A stretch of 64,000 nucleotides of DNA, from positions 64,001 through 128,000 of IMG/VR virus record IMGVR_UViG_3300033069_001798; one strand, given 5' to 3'. Below, piece by piece: positions 37,669-46,879 of the stretch; the first letter of the stretch is position 1; every line of letters starts with the position of its first letter. The DNA comes from a virus (Duplodnaviria; Heunggongvirae; Uroviricota; Caudoviricetes). The notes beneath the pieces are model-generated. The model was not told the DNA's origin, ran no database searches, and saw only the letters and a program-made list of their open reading frames with translations. The position numbers were made by a program, and so were the translations under genes.

Positions 37669-38749
37669 CTTTTATCCTGTTCAAACTGTCTTCTTTTTTG
37701 TTTCGCCAATCAGATTCCCATATCACAACAACGTTAAAGCCGCTCTCTCTAAGTTCATTCAATTTGCGTGCATCACGCAACCAAACTTCTTCAGATGAAC
37801 GTTTAGTAAAGTTGTTGACAAAATTTCTATCATATTTTTCCGGATTGTGATGCCAATAATCACCAAAAAATTCAACTATAATCTGACGATCGTGATTAAC
37901 GTAATCACAGCACCAACCATTTACTCCTACGTTCTTTAGACCACCATACAATGAAATGATCAGATCAGACATTTCGTGTTCGATTTTCGAACGTCCGGTG
38001 TGATTAATGTGTTGACCAATTTTGTTCAAAGCTTCAATACTGTGTTTTTTACCAAACATCGGATGTTTGATGCCTGATCTTCCATAACACGGTGTCAATT
38101 TGCTTGCGTCATCCTTCGAAACGTTAAGACGTTTCGAAATTGATGTCAATGACATTGGGTTATTTTGACCAGAATTTCTAATTGACTGTTTTGCCTTCGT
38201 TTTTTCATTATTACCTTTAAGCGCAATCGCTTGTTGAAATTCAGCAACTTTTTTCTTTGCTTCGTCTGATGAAAATCCCTTATTGATCCAGTGTTTCATC
38301 TCAGAAGGAAAAGATCTTCGTTTTAGAAAATTCGCTTTCTTGATAGGATCTGAAAGATGCAACGTTGCATTCTTTCTATTTTTTTCTCTGACATCTGATG
38401 TAACTTGCTGTACAACTGCTGAAGGGAAATTTGATCGATATTCATTCATAGCCACACCGTGTTTTCTTACGATGTGCGATATCAAACTGTAGTAAGATTC
38501 ATAATTGCAAATTTCACACTTCAAAACTTGAAGTCCATCATCAATAGCTTTTTCATCACGTTTACGTCTAGCTAGTTCATTTAGACTAAGTTTTTTTTCT
38601 CTTTTTTCAACTTTGTAAAGATGAGAAAATTTCAACTTGTAATCTGTGAATGTTGTTGAATGCTTGCGTCGAATATGCGTGATCAACCCAGATTGATTGT
38701 TGTATTGCTGACAACAATATTGACACTTGAATTTATCACTCAAGTTCAT
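37646..38749 (-). CDS. free-standing VSR-like homing endonuclease (C2H2 fingers) between dnaB intein halves; start uncertain (track 38830)
   Basis: CQYC..HIRRKH, CEIC..HIVRKH, IIVEFFGDYWHH..RD..K..GFNVVVIWE. Confidence 0.85.
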   Translation of the reverse strand: MNLSDKFKCQYCCQQYNNQSGLITHIRRKHSTTFTDYKLKFSHLYKVEKREKKLSLNELARRKRDEKAIDDGLQVLKCEICNYESYYSLISHIVRKHGVAMNEYRSNFPSAVVQQVTSDVREKNRKNATLHLSDPIKKANFLKRRSFPSEMKHWINKGFSSDEAKKKVAEFQQAIALKGNNEKTKAKQSIRNSGQNNPMSLTSISKRLNVSKDDASKLTPCYGRSGIKHPMFGKKHSIEALNKIGQHINHTGRSKIEHEMSDLIISLYGGLKNVGVNGWCCDYVNHDRQIIVEFFGDYWHHNPEKYDRNFVNNFTKRSSEEVWLRDARKLNELRESGFNVVVIWESDWRNKKEDSLNRIKDAFNRTL

Positions 38750-39524
38750 CTGATTCGACGACGTCTCTAGCAAAGATGATTCCACGCCTTGTTGCAATTC
38801 GATCCCAAGGCTTGTATAGTTTTCCATCAATTCTCACTCCAGTATATTTTACCTGAATGTAAGTATCACGATGTACACACTTTCCTGTTCCAGTCGCACC
38901 AACAACGCAACCTAGCTCACCTGATCCCAACCCACCGTTCAAGATGTCTTTCTTATCTAGCTCTGGAAGACCTGTAGCAATTGCATTCCTCGACAGCTTG
39001 GTGAAGCGACTCTCGTAATCGGCAAAGAAGTCATGACCCAACTGCGGAGCAGTTCCGACCATCACTGCTTTCTTGATGCCTTCAACGATCGATTCATACT
39101 TCTCTGCCTGTATCTGATCAACCGCTTCTTCAAGAGCGCTGCGCAACGCTTGCTTCCTGCAGAAATCTAGCGCCTTTTCCTTGACGTACTGAAGATCTCC
39201 AACGTCAGGATTAGAGCGCATGCGTTGCAAGTAATCTACTATCTGATCTCTGATGACAACGTCAGTTCCAATCTTTAGCTCGTCTCTGATGATCGTGATG
39301 AGCAACTGCATCGTTGGAAACACCTTGTACTTCTGAGCGTACGAAAAATAACGTTCAGCAAGAAACACCAAGTATTTTGGCTCTAGGTACGTTACGTTAA
39401 AGACCTCCAGCATCTGCTCAGCAAACTGCTTGTCAACGAGCAGCGCTTGGCACAGCTTTTCTTGGAAGGACTTTCCATACTGTGCGAATGAAGCTTGCGT
39501 TGTCGGCTTGATGTCATCGTTCAT
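38736..39524 (-). CDS. dnaB: DnaB-family helicase, N-terminal fragment plus short (47 aa) split-intein N-part
   Basis: TGLPELD..LNGGLGSGELGCVVGATGTGK|CVHRDT (Walker A split at K). Confidence 0.9.
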   Translation of the reverse strand: MNDDIKPTTQASFAQYGKSFQEKLCQALLVDKQFAEQMLEVFNVTYLEPKYLVFLAERYFSYAQKYKVFPTMQLLITIIRDELKIGTDVVIRDQIVDYLQRMRSNPDVGDLQYVKEKALDFCRKQALRSALEEAVDQIQAEKYESIVEGIKKAVMVGTAPQLGHDFFADYESRFTKLSRNAIATGLPELDKKDILNGGLGSGELGCVVGATGTGKCVHRDTYIQVKYTGVRIDGKLYKPWDRIATRRGIIFARDVVESDELE

Positions 39525-40504
39525 TTTTCTTTAGTCCTATTTTCCACGTTCTCGATGCAGTTGAAGGTCATGAAGAAATCAGCAACATCAAAATCATTGA
39601 TGCCTTCCTTCATAAGCCCTCGAGTAAAGCTGATCCTATCACTACGTGGGACGTATGTACTGATCAATTGATCTACTTTGGAAGCCTGAGCAGCGGACAG
39701 CATGCTGCCATCTAGATGAACAAGGCGCCAATTTCTCTTCAAAAGATCCTGATTCTCGACAACACGTTGGTACAACTTTGACTCGTCATAGTGTGAATTG
39801 CAGTAGTCGATCACATCGCTGACAAGAATGTCATCTTGAAGCTGCAAGAATGGAAGAACGCGAGATGCTGTCTTGAACCCAAATCCCTTCAATCCAGGGA
39901 TGTTGTCAGACGGATCACCGCACAGCGCTTTCGCTAGACCAAAGTTTCCCGGCTTGATCTTGTACTCATTCAAGATGTCATCACCAGTGATTATGATCTT
40001 CTTGTGAAAACTGTAAATCTTCGTCCGCTCATCAAGGAGCTGGTACATATCTTTGTCAGATGAAGCGATGATCTTGTCAACGTTCTTAAACTTTTGCCGC
40101 GCAAGGTAAGCTACAAGATCATCGCCTTCACAATCAGAGACGTAAAGTTGACACGCTGGGATGAACTTCATCAAACCCAGCAGCACTATCAACTGGTGTT
40201 GGCGATTCTCTTCAGAGTCAGGCAAATCATCTTCATAGAATCGATTCAACTTCTCTGGTCGTCGATTCATCTTGTATTCTGAGAACAGAGCTCTTCTTCT
40301 CTGCGATCCACCACCTTCCCATGCAAGGTATACAGCTGATGGTGAATACTCATTGACAAGCTTGCGAAGCGTTTTCAAGAATCCAACGCACCCTCCAGTG
40401 GCTTCACCATTGACGTTCATTGCAGGAAACGCAACGTATGAACGCACGAAGAGATTGAGAGAATCCACAATCAAAATGGGTCTTTGCGTTGATTTTTCGT
40501 CCAT
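39521..40504 (-). CDS. 5'-3' exonuclease / flap endonuclease (T4 RNase H, PolA N-domain-like)
   Basis: [37 protein letters not shown]. Confidence 0.9.
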   Translation of the reverse strand: MDEKSTQRPILIVDSLNLFVRSYVAFPAMNVNGEATGGCVGFLKTLRKLVNEYSPSAVYLAWEGGGSQRRRALFSEYKMNRRPEKLNRFYEDDLPDSEENRQHQLIVLLGLMKFIPACQLYVSDCEGDDLVAYLARQKFKNVDKIIASSDKDMYQLLDERTKIYSFHKKIIITGDDILNEYKIKPGNFGLAKALCGDPSDNIPGLKGFGFKTASRVLPFLQLQDDILVSDVIDYCNSHYDESKLYQRVVENQDLLKRNWRLVHLDGSMLSAAQASKVDQLISTYVPRSDRISFTRGLMKEGINDFDVADFFMTFNCIENVENRTKEK

Positions 40505-40565
40505 TTAACACCTTATGTAGAGATGTTGAACTGTAATCAACGCAAAGACCCAAGTACAGATCAGT

Positions 40566-40859
40566 TAACGTACCAGTTGAACCAAACCCACCGGCTCCAC
40601 GAGCGGTTTCTGGCAGCTCACGAGAGTGCGAGAATGACGCTCGAATAATCGGCGTAATTACAAGCTGGGCTATCCTATCTCCTTTGTTGACAGTAAATGT
40701 CGATGACCCTACGTTGTGCAATATGACTTTCACAACGCCTCTGTAATCACAGTTATGAATCAGAACATCATTACAGAAAAAATTATGATTGTTTTCAACG
40801 GTCAAATCATAACAACGATCAGTAGAACGCTCAATATTAACAATTTTTGCTAGTTTCAT
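40566..40859 (-). CDS. dut: dUTPase C-terminal fragment with split-intein C-part; ends at TTA 40566-40568
   Basis: [20 protein letters not shown]|[26 protein letters not shown]. Confidence 0.9.
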
Positions 40860-41772
40860 TTGCCTCCGTCATAAATTTACAAATGACATCTTTTGCTTCG
40901 TTTACGCTATGACACAGTGAAAAACACATGTTTTGTTTCTCTGACCAAATTTTAGCTGCTTGAGTTTTTTCATCAAGTTCAATCTGTGATGAAACATAAC
41001 CCTTCAATTCAAGCAGCAAATTTTTACCACGCCAAGATATCAAAAAATCAGGAATGTATCTTCTATTACCATTAAATTGATAATCAATCGTAATTCGATG
41101 TGCTTTTGTCCACGTAACATTCAATGATTCCAAGAATTCCATCAAAGAAAGTTCCCATGATGAATCATAATGTTCTCTTTTAGAATCTTTCGTTTCGAAC
41201 CAACCTTTGATATATCGATATGAACTGCCACATCTGCCATCATGGTAAGCTTCACAAACTGATGAACTTATTTTTTCCTTCCATTCTTTTATTCGTTCTT
41301 CTGACCAATTAATTCTATTATGAACAAAGACACCGGGATTATCCTCATGAAATTTCTTCATGAAAACACTTTTTCCTTTAAGATAATCATGTGTATCTTT
41401 TGTTCTGCCTGTCAAATGTTCTGAATTCTTTTTTCCAATCAAAGACAGTCTTTCATCCGAATCTTTTGTCAGACCATCATTCCAAGTTCTATGCCCATGG
41501 GCGTATGTACTTTTAATGATATCAGATTGTTTTTTACGAAATTCATCTGTACGATGCGTGCGTTGTCGAGACGCACGCATCTTTTGCTTGTATGATTCAT
41601 CTTGCCAAACAAGCTTATGTTGCTTAGAAATGGCTTCAATTGCCAACGCAGATTTCACTTCTGCGTTGGCAAATTGTTTACGATAAGCTTCAACTGACAA
41701 TTTGTGCTTACAACGTAGATGTTCAACGATAGAATAGGGTTTTTCAACGTTGCATATCAAACATTTGACCAT
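40837..41772 (-). CDS. free-standing TnsA-N-like endonuclease between dUTPase intein halves
   Basis: [29 protein letters not shown]. Confidence 0.82.
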   Translation of the reverse strand: MVKCLICNVEKPYSIVEHLRCKHKLSVEAYRKQFANAEVKSALAIEAISKQHKLVWQDESYKQKMRASRQRTHRTDEFRKKQSDIIKSTYAHGHRTWNDGLTKDSDERLSLIGKKNSEHLTGRTKDTHDYLKGKSVFMKKFHEDNPGVFVHNRINWSEERIKEWKEKISSSVCEAYHDGRCGSSYRYIKGWFETKDSKREHYDSSWELSLMEFLESLNVTWTKAHRITIDYQFNGNRRYIPDFLISWRGKNLLLELKGYVSSQIELDEKTQAAKIWSEKQNMCFSLCHSVNEAKDVICKFMTEANETSKNC

Positions 41773-41777
41773 GATAA

Positions 41778-42299
41778 CTAACTATCATGGTCAACCAGTA
41801 TTTCATCAGATGACGTCAATTGATCAGCTCTCTTCAAGCCGGCGCTAGTATATACAAGCGTTCCAGGTGTCAAAGACATTGTAGTATTATCATCTAGGCG
41901 AAAAATGATAACATCTCTTACGCCCACATCAACAATGGCAGTGACAATATCACTTTCTATTTCATGCGTTGATTCATTGAATGAATGAATATGATCATTG
42001 ATTCGAAGATCATGTATGCTCATTTTTCCATTAAGAGTACTAATCTTCGAATCACCCGAAAAACAATCAATGCAACCAGGAGAGTTCAGAACGAACACGC
42101 CTTTCGTTGCAAGACCTGATCTTGACCTGACTTGACCTTCGTATCCTTCTGGGATCGCTAGCCGAAGTCCCGTAGAGATGATCGTCGTCTTTCCAGCGAG
42201 GACGATCTGGTGTTCGTCAGCGTACAGATCACACCCAGCCGCTCCGAGCGTCTTGTACTCTGGGGCGGCTGGGCCATCGTAGAGAACTTCAACTTTCAT
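41778..42299 (-). CDS. dut: dUTPase N-terminal fragment plus split-intein N-part
   Basis: AAGCDL, STGL, RSRSGLA, NSPGCID|CFSGDS. Confidence 0.9.
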   Translation of the reverse strand: MKVEVLYDGPAAPEYKTLGAAGCDLYADEHQIVLAGKTTIISTGLRLAIPEGYEGQVRSRSGLATKGVFVLNSPGCIDCFSGDSKISTLNGKMSIHDLRINDHIHSFNESTHEIESDIVTAIVDVGVRDVIIFRLDDNTTMSLTPGTLVYTSAGLKRADQLTSSDEILVDHDS

Positions 42300-43521
42300 C
42301 GAGGACCTCTTCTTCCGAAGGTGATTCACCAGACGAATCTGGATCACCACCATGGATGATGTACGCGTCTTCTATAGCTTTGTCAATGAATGGCTTATAC
42401 ACTGGATCTGCCATTATCTCATCAAAATTGTTCTTTTGGAACTTCTTCTCGATGAGAACTTCTCCAGTCACGGTGCTGAAAACCTTCAACGTTCTCCAGG
42501 CGGAGACGCCTTCAATTGAGATCTGAAGCTTTTCAACGTTTCCTTTGCTGTCCTTGTGATCGATCGTCACGGCGTTCTTTTCACAGTGTGATCGAAGTTC
42601 GTCAAAGATGTAAGTGTGCTCAGAAATTCCTCTGCCAAAGATGACATCAAATTCGTACTTCCTGAAAGGAGGTGCGACTTTGTTCTTCTTTGTTGTCATG
42701 ATAACATGGATGCCTATGACATTGCCGCTGTTATCCTTAACTTGCGTTCCGGAAGAAAGCCTGATTCTGAGCGTTGCATGGTAAGGAATCGATTTTCCGC
42801 CCGGAGTGATGTCTGGATCTCCATGCGTCACGCCGATAGCAGTTCGAAGTTGGTTGAGGCACAGCAGGGTCACGTTATTCTGACCGATCACACCAGTGAT
42901 CTTTCTCATGCCTTTGCTGATGACCCTGGCTTGCAAACCAACAGTGTTCTGATCGTAATCACCATCTAGCTCGGCCTTTGGTGACGTAGCCGCTACTGAG
43001 TCCCATATGACAAGAATTGGAACATTCTTGTCCATGACTTGCTTTGCCTTCAAGATAGTTGATTCGATGATCGAAAATACTTCTTCAGTGCAATGTGCAT
43101 CGCAGTACACGAACCTCTTTGCAACGTTGATGCCAACGTTCTTAAGCTTCTCAACTGGCGTTGCATTCTCAGTATCGATGTAAACTACTAGTCCACCCAT
43201 TCCCTGGACGATAGCAGCAGCGTGGTACGCTAGGTGTGATTTTCCTATCGATGGCGGTCCAGAAATCTCGATGACTCGACCTTCAGGATAACCACCTCCA
43301 GCAGCATTTCTGATAGCATAGTTCAGTTGAATAGAGCCAGTGTCCAACCAGCGCTTCACGTTAGTAGGCGCTTCGTCTACTGACAGGTTGTACGCTACTC
43401 GTTGACCGAATTCTTTGTTGATGGACTTGATGATCTCAGTCGTAAGATCGTCAACGTCACTGTTTGCAGCTTTCTTCTTTGCAGGTTCTTCACCCGCAAC
43501 AACCTTAGCAGGTTTAGCCAC
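42289..43521 (-). CDS. recA: RecA/UvsX recombinase
   Basis: GPPSIGKS, YIDTENA, IWDSVAA, GLQAR, PGGKSIPYHA, KNKVAPPF. Confidence 0.93.
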   Translation of the reverse strand: MAKPAKVVAGEEPAKKKAANSDVDDLTTEIIKSINKEFGQRVAYNLSVDEAPTNVKRWLDTGSIQLNYAIRNAAGGGYPEGRVIEISGPPSIGKSHLAYHAAAIVQGMGGLVVYIDTENATPVEKLKNVGINVAKRFVYCDAHCTEEVFSIIESTILKAKQVMDKNVPILVIWDSVAATSPKAELDGDYDQNTVGLQARVISKGMRKITGVIGQNNVTLLCLNQLRTAIGVTHGDPDITPGGKSIPYHATLRIRLSSGTQVKDNSGNVIGIHVIMTTKKNKVAPPFRKYEFDVIFGRGISEHTYIFDELRSHCEKNAVTIDHKDSKGNVEKLQISIEGVSAWRTLKVFSTVTGEVLIEKKFQKNNFDEIMADPVYKPFIDKAIEDAYIIHGGDPDSSGESPSEEEVLDES

Positions 43522-43522
43522 G

Positions 43523-44404
43523 TAATGTCTCCATCAGCTCGTTGAATGCATCGTCAAGCGTTTGCTTCTTCTTTGGTGCATCATCATCATCGTCAGACGA
43601 TGCTGCCTTTTTCTTGTTCTGCTTCTTTGGTTCTTCTGCCGGCGCAGAAGCAGGTTGTGCCTTCGCCGCAGTTGCAACTTCATTTACAAGTGCATCGAGC
43701 GCATCATTAGCAGGAGCACCCTTCTCGGTGCCGTCTTCTGACGCAGCGACGTCGCTGTTCAACCAATCGTTCAAGACCTTCTCGATCTCTTCCTTCGATT
43801 TCTGACGATACATGTCATCTAGGTTTGGCGTTGACGCCAGCAACTTCTCGATCTGTGCAGGATCTTCCATCAACTTCGACGGCCTGCGAGCAGCATCAAC
43901 GGTCGTATCTGGGTACTGCTTTCCGGGCGTCTGAGTGATAGTCACCTTCAGGTCAAAACCAACGAGGGGATCAAGAAAATCTCCCACCTCTTCGTCAGAG
44001 AAAAATCCAAGCAAGCGATTGTAGATTCCCTTGCCAATGCTCCAAACCTGGACGCCTTTGTCTTCCTGACCCCTGACAACGACAGCAACGTACGCTCTCA
44101 TCTTCGGATGAAGCTGCTTTGCCATCGCACGATCTTCTGGTTTCCCAGAAGAATACAGCTTCCTGATGAGGTCATCGATCGGATCCGGCTTACCGAACTG
44201 CTTCGGCGAAAGGATTCCTTGTGCATTTCCGATGTAGTAGAACCACCTCTCGAGGAAAGGTAGGTCATCTGTCGAGTTCTTCCAAGGAACTGCACGAATT
44301 TTATACTCGCCCGGCGTTGGCTTCCAAAGTTGAACAGAAGACGTCTTCTTCTGCCCGTTAAGTTCTGCCATGCGCTTACGAATTGCTTCTAGATTTATCG
44401 CCAT
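43523..44404 (-). CDS. T4 gp32-like single-stranded DNA-binding protein; ends at TTA 43523-43525
   Basis: LWKP..GEYKIR..P, CP replaced by DPIDD, GFDLKV, acidic tail LDDAFNELM. Confidence 0.8.
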
Positions 44405-44517
44405 GTTTATTTCCTCATTCCTTACGAGCAATTGTGTACTGCTCAAACCGCAGAATGCGATTAATGTTACAGTACACTCCCATGCTGGGGAAGTTCAAAA
44501 TCCTCAGATCACTTCAG

Positions 44518-44760
44518 TTAACGCTTCTTGTTCTTCTTCCTGCCCAGCTTATCTGGTGACATTCCTAGAGGTGCTGTGTAACCAGCTACAGCACCAGAAA
44601 ATTCGTCAACTTGGTCCAAGTTCCTCTTGTCGTTATCATCCACAGAATCAGGTTCGATGAGCTGCGTAGGAACGTTTGCGTTCCTTGACTCACCTATCGC
44701 TAGCCTCAAATACCTCACGAGCAGTTCTCTACTCATGATCTTAAATATGGCGTTGTCCAA
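44518..44760 (-). CDS. small hypothetical putative virion protein
   Basis: LLVRYLRLAIGE N-terminal segment; EFSGAVAGYTAPLG. Confidence 0.6.
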   Translation of the reverse strand: MDNAIFKIMSRELLVRYLRLAIGESRNANVPTQLIEPDSVDDNDKRNLDQVDEFSGAVAGYTAPLGMSPDKLGRKKNKKR

Positions 44761-44784
44761 AACTAGTTATCATAATGGCGTACA

Positions 44785-44976
44785 TAAAGCAGTGTTCTCT
44801 GGTGCGCTGTACAAGTGCAGTTCTCCTTTCTTCACGGCCCACGCCACTGCTTTCTTGTCGCCAGAAAATGCTATAGCCATTGCTGCGTACATGTGCAGCT
44901 CGATGTTAGAAACAACGTGCACTTGAAAATTACCAGCGCAGATCGATCCTTTCGTAAGATCAGAGATGTAATTCAC
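44785..44976 (-). CDS. small hypothetical protein; ends at TTA 44785-44787
   Basis: Short ORF coupled to the HD gene end. Confidence 0.4.
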
Positions 44977-45589
44977 TTGGGAACATACCTTTTTCTACCA
45001 TCGTAGACACGTAATCTGCAGTCATGACCACGTGAGCAAGTAGCGGTTCTTTCAAGCAGTACGTCTTATTCTCTTCAACGACGTAACCATCGTTGAGCCT
45101 GATTGCCAGGTGCTCATCCTGAGTCAACTTCACGCCGTAGTGCTGAAGCAAGAAGATGCTTCTGTCTGGATTGCTCATGTGCTGCATGTCGTAGTTGTAC
45201 GTGTACAGCTCGCCAAGCTTCTGAGCACGCCACTCTTCTGCAGCAATGTAGTATTCGTTGTCCACATCACCTACTTTACCAAGATCGTGGCACAAGCACG
45301 ACAAGATCAACGAATCTTTAGGAAGCTTCCAACCGAAAGCTTTGCTGTACGTAAGAGCGTTTGTCAAGACTCTTAGCGAATGGTCTACCAAACCTCCAGC
45401 GCACGCTCTATGAAAGTCTTTCTTAGCAGAAGCTGGACATAGTGCCAGTCGTTCACCTAGCGCTTCTGCCATATTAACCGCTGCAGTCGATCGATCACCA
45501 ATCTTTCCCAATAGCGAAACATATCTAAGCCAATTTTGTTCAATTTCTTCAGCAGTAAGATTAGGTAGTTGAGCTTTCATCTTGATCAA
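44969..45589 (-). CDS. HD-domain phosphohydrolase; ends at TTA 44969-44971
   Basis: GGLVDHSLRV, CHDLGK, AD. Confidence 0.88.
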
Positions 45590-45590
45590 G

Positions 45591-45620
45591 ATTACACTCT
45601 ACGTTGGTTTGAATGTTCAA
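45591..45620 (-). promoter_or_regulatory. sigma70-like promoter
   Basis: TTGAAC-N18-TGTAAT. Confidence 0.45.
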
Positions 45621-45628
45621 TTACTTAT

Positions 45629-46837
45629 TCACATCATCTGAACCTTTAGCTTAAAGTTTTGAACGTAACCAGGAACTTTTACAGATTCGATCTGCATCAC
45701 TTCGTCAACTGATTCTTCCGGAACATCTATGATGAGAGCATCGTGAAGAACGAACAGCGGGCGGCACTTCGTGTGCTTAAGACCCTTCAGCAGCTCGTTG
45801 AATCCAAGGAGGCTAACATCAACGCCAGTTGATTGCGCGTACGAATTTACAAAGATCCTGTCGATTGGCTCATCGATCTTCACCATGCGACCGTGCCTGT
45901 TTCGTATGTAACCTAGCTTCACATACTGATCCTTCACCCTTGCTTTTAGATCGTTCGTCTTGAAGAATCCCTTGATCTTTGCTATGAATCTATCGAGAGG
46001 ATCACCAGATATCTGCAACGTCTCTCCAAGCGTGTGCTTCCCAGAACCGTACAACTCAGAGATGACAGCTAGCTTCACAGCATCTCTAGACACAGTGTCG
46101 CCAAACAAGTCTCTTGCTATCATCCTGTAAAGATCTACGTCTGAACACTGACCACCAGCCTCGTAGAGAAGAACTCTAGCTTCCAGCGCAGCAAAATCAA
46201 CGTACATGATCTTACCGTTGGGCGTAGAAGGAACTACCAAGTCCCTGTGCTCTCTCTTCAACGTCAAGATCTGTGGACCTGATTTCACTGTCAAGCGGCC
46301 AGTGCGCGTAGCAAGTCGATCGTAAAGCACTGGTGCTGCGTACCCAGACAGATTTGGTTCAAAGCTTTCAATGGTGTGAACGTTATTCTTCACAGTTGCC
46401 TTGAGCTCGGCATACCTTTTTCTAGACACCATGGCTGGTTTCAAAGCATCCAATACTGCTGTCTCGTTGACCCACGTTGACACGTAATAATCTTTCGAAT
46501 AGTTGTCTATGGTATCCACCGCTTCATTAATCAGTTTTCTGACGTAGCTCCTGTGTTCTTTGCTCGTCATCAGGTGAACCCATGGAAGCTGTTGAGGTCC
46601 ATGATCTGGTGCTACGACTTGCATCATCTTCAAGTACTTCTCATGAGGCAAAAGATCTGCTTCTTTTGAATTTAGCTTCATAACGGTGTCTAGACACCTG
46701 TTCGACGAATGTTTAAGTTCGCCTGACAAGTGCCAAGCAGCTGTCGGGATTTCTTCCACCCACTTGTAACCATCATCAACGTGCAGATGGCGCTCAGTAC
46801 CCATCAGCTTCGCATCGATACAAAATGGCTCTGACAT
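45629..46837 (-). CDS. family A DNA polymerase (polymerase domain only)
   Basis: TRTGRL, motif A YVDFAALEAR, motif B KLAVISELYG, NSYAQSTG, motif C LHDA. Confidence 0.8.
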   Translation of the reverse strand: MSEPFCIDAKLMGTERHLHVDDGYKWVEEIPTAAWHLSGELKHSSNRCLDTVMKLNSKEADLLPHEKYLKMMQVVAPDHGPQQLPWVHLMTSKEHRSYVRKLINEAVDTIDNYSKDYYVSTWVNETAVLDALKPAMVSRKRYAELKATVKNNVHTIESFEPNLSGYAAPVLYDRLATRTGRLTVKSGPQILTLKREHRDLVVPSTPNGKIMYVDFAALEARVLLYEAGGQCSDVDLYRMIARDLFGDTVSRDAVKLAVISELYGSGKHTLGETLQISGDPLDRFIAKIKGFFKTNDLKARVKDQYVKLGYIRNRHGRMVKIDEPIDRIFVNSYAQSTGVDVSLLGFNELLKGLKHTKCRPLFVLHDALIIDVPEESVDEVMQIESVKVPGYVQNFKLKVQMM

Positions 46838-46848
46838 AAGATTGAACA

Positions 46849-46878
46849 ATCTTATGGCTCTGGCAGAGAGATGTGCAA
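46849..46878 (-). promoter_or_regulatory. sigma70-like promoter
   Basis: TTGCAC-N18-TAAGAT, 11 nt before ATG 46837. Confidence 0.5.
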
Positions 46879-46879
46879 C

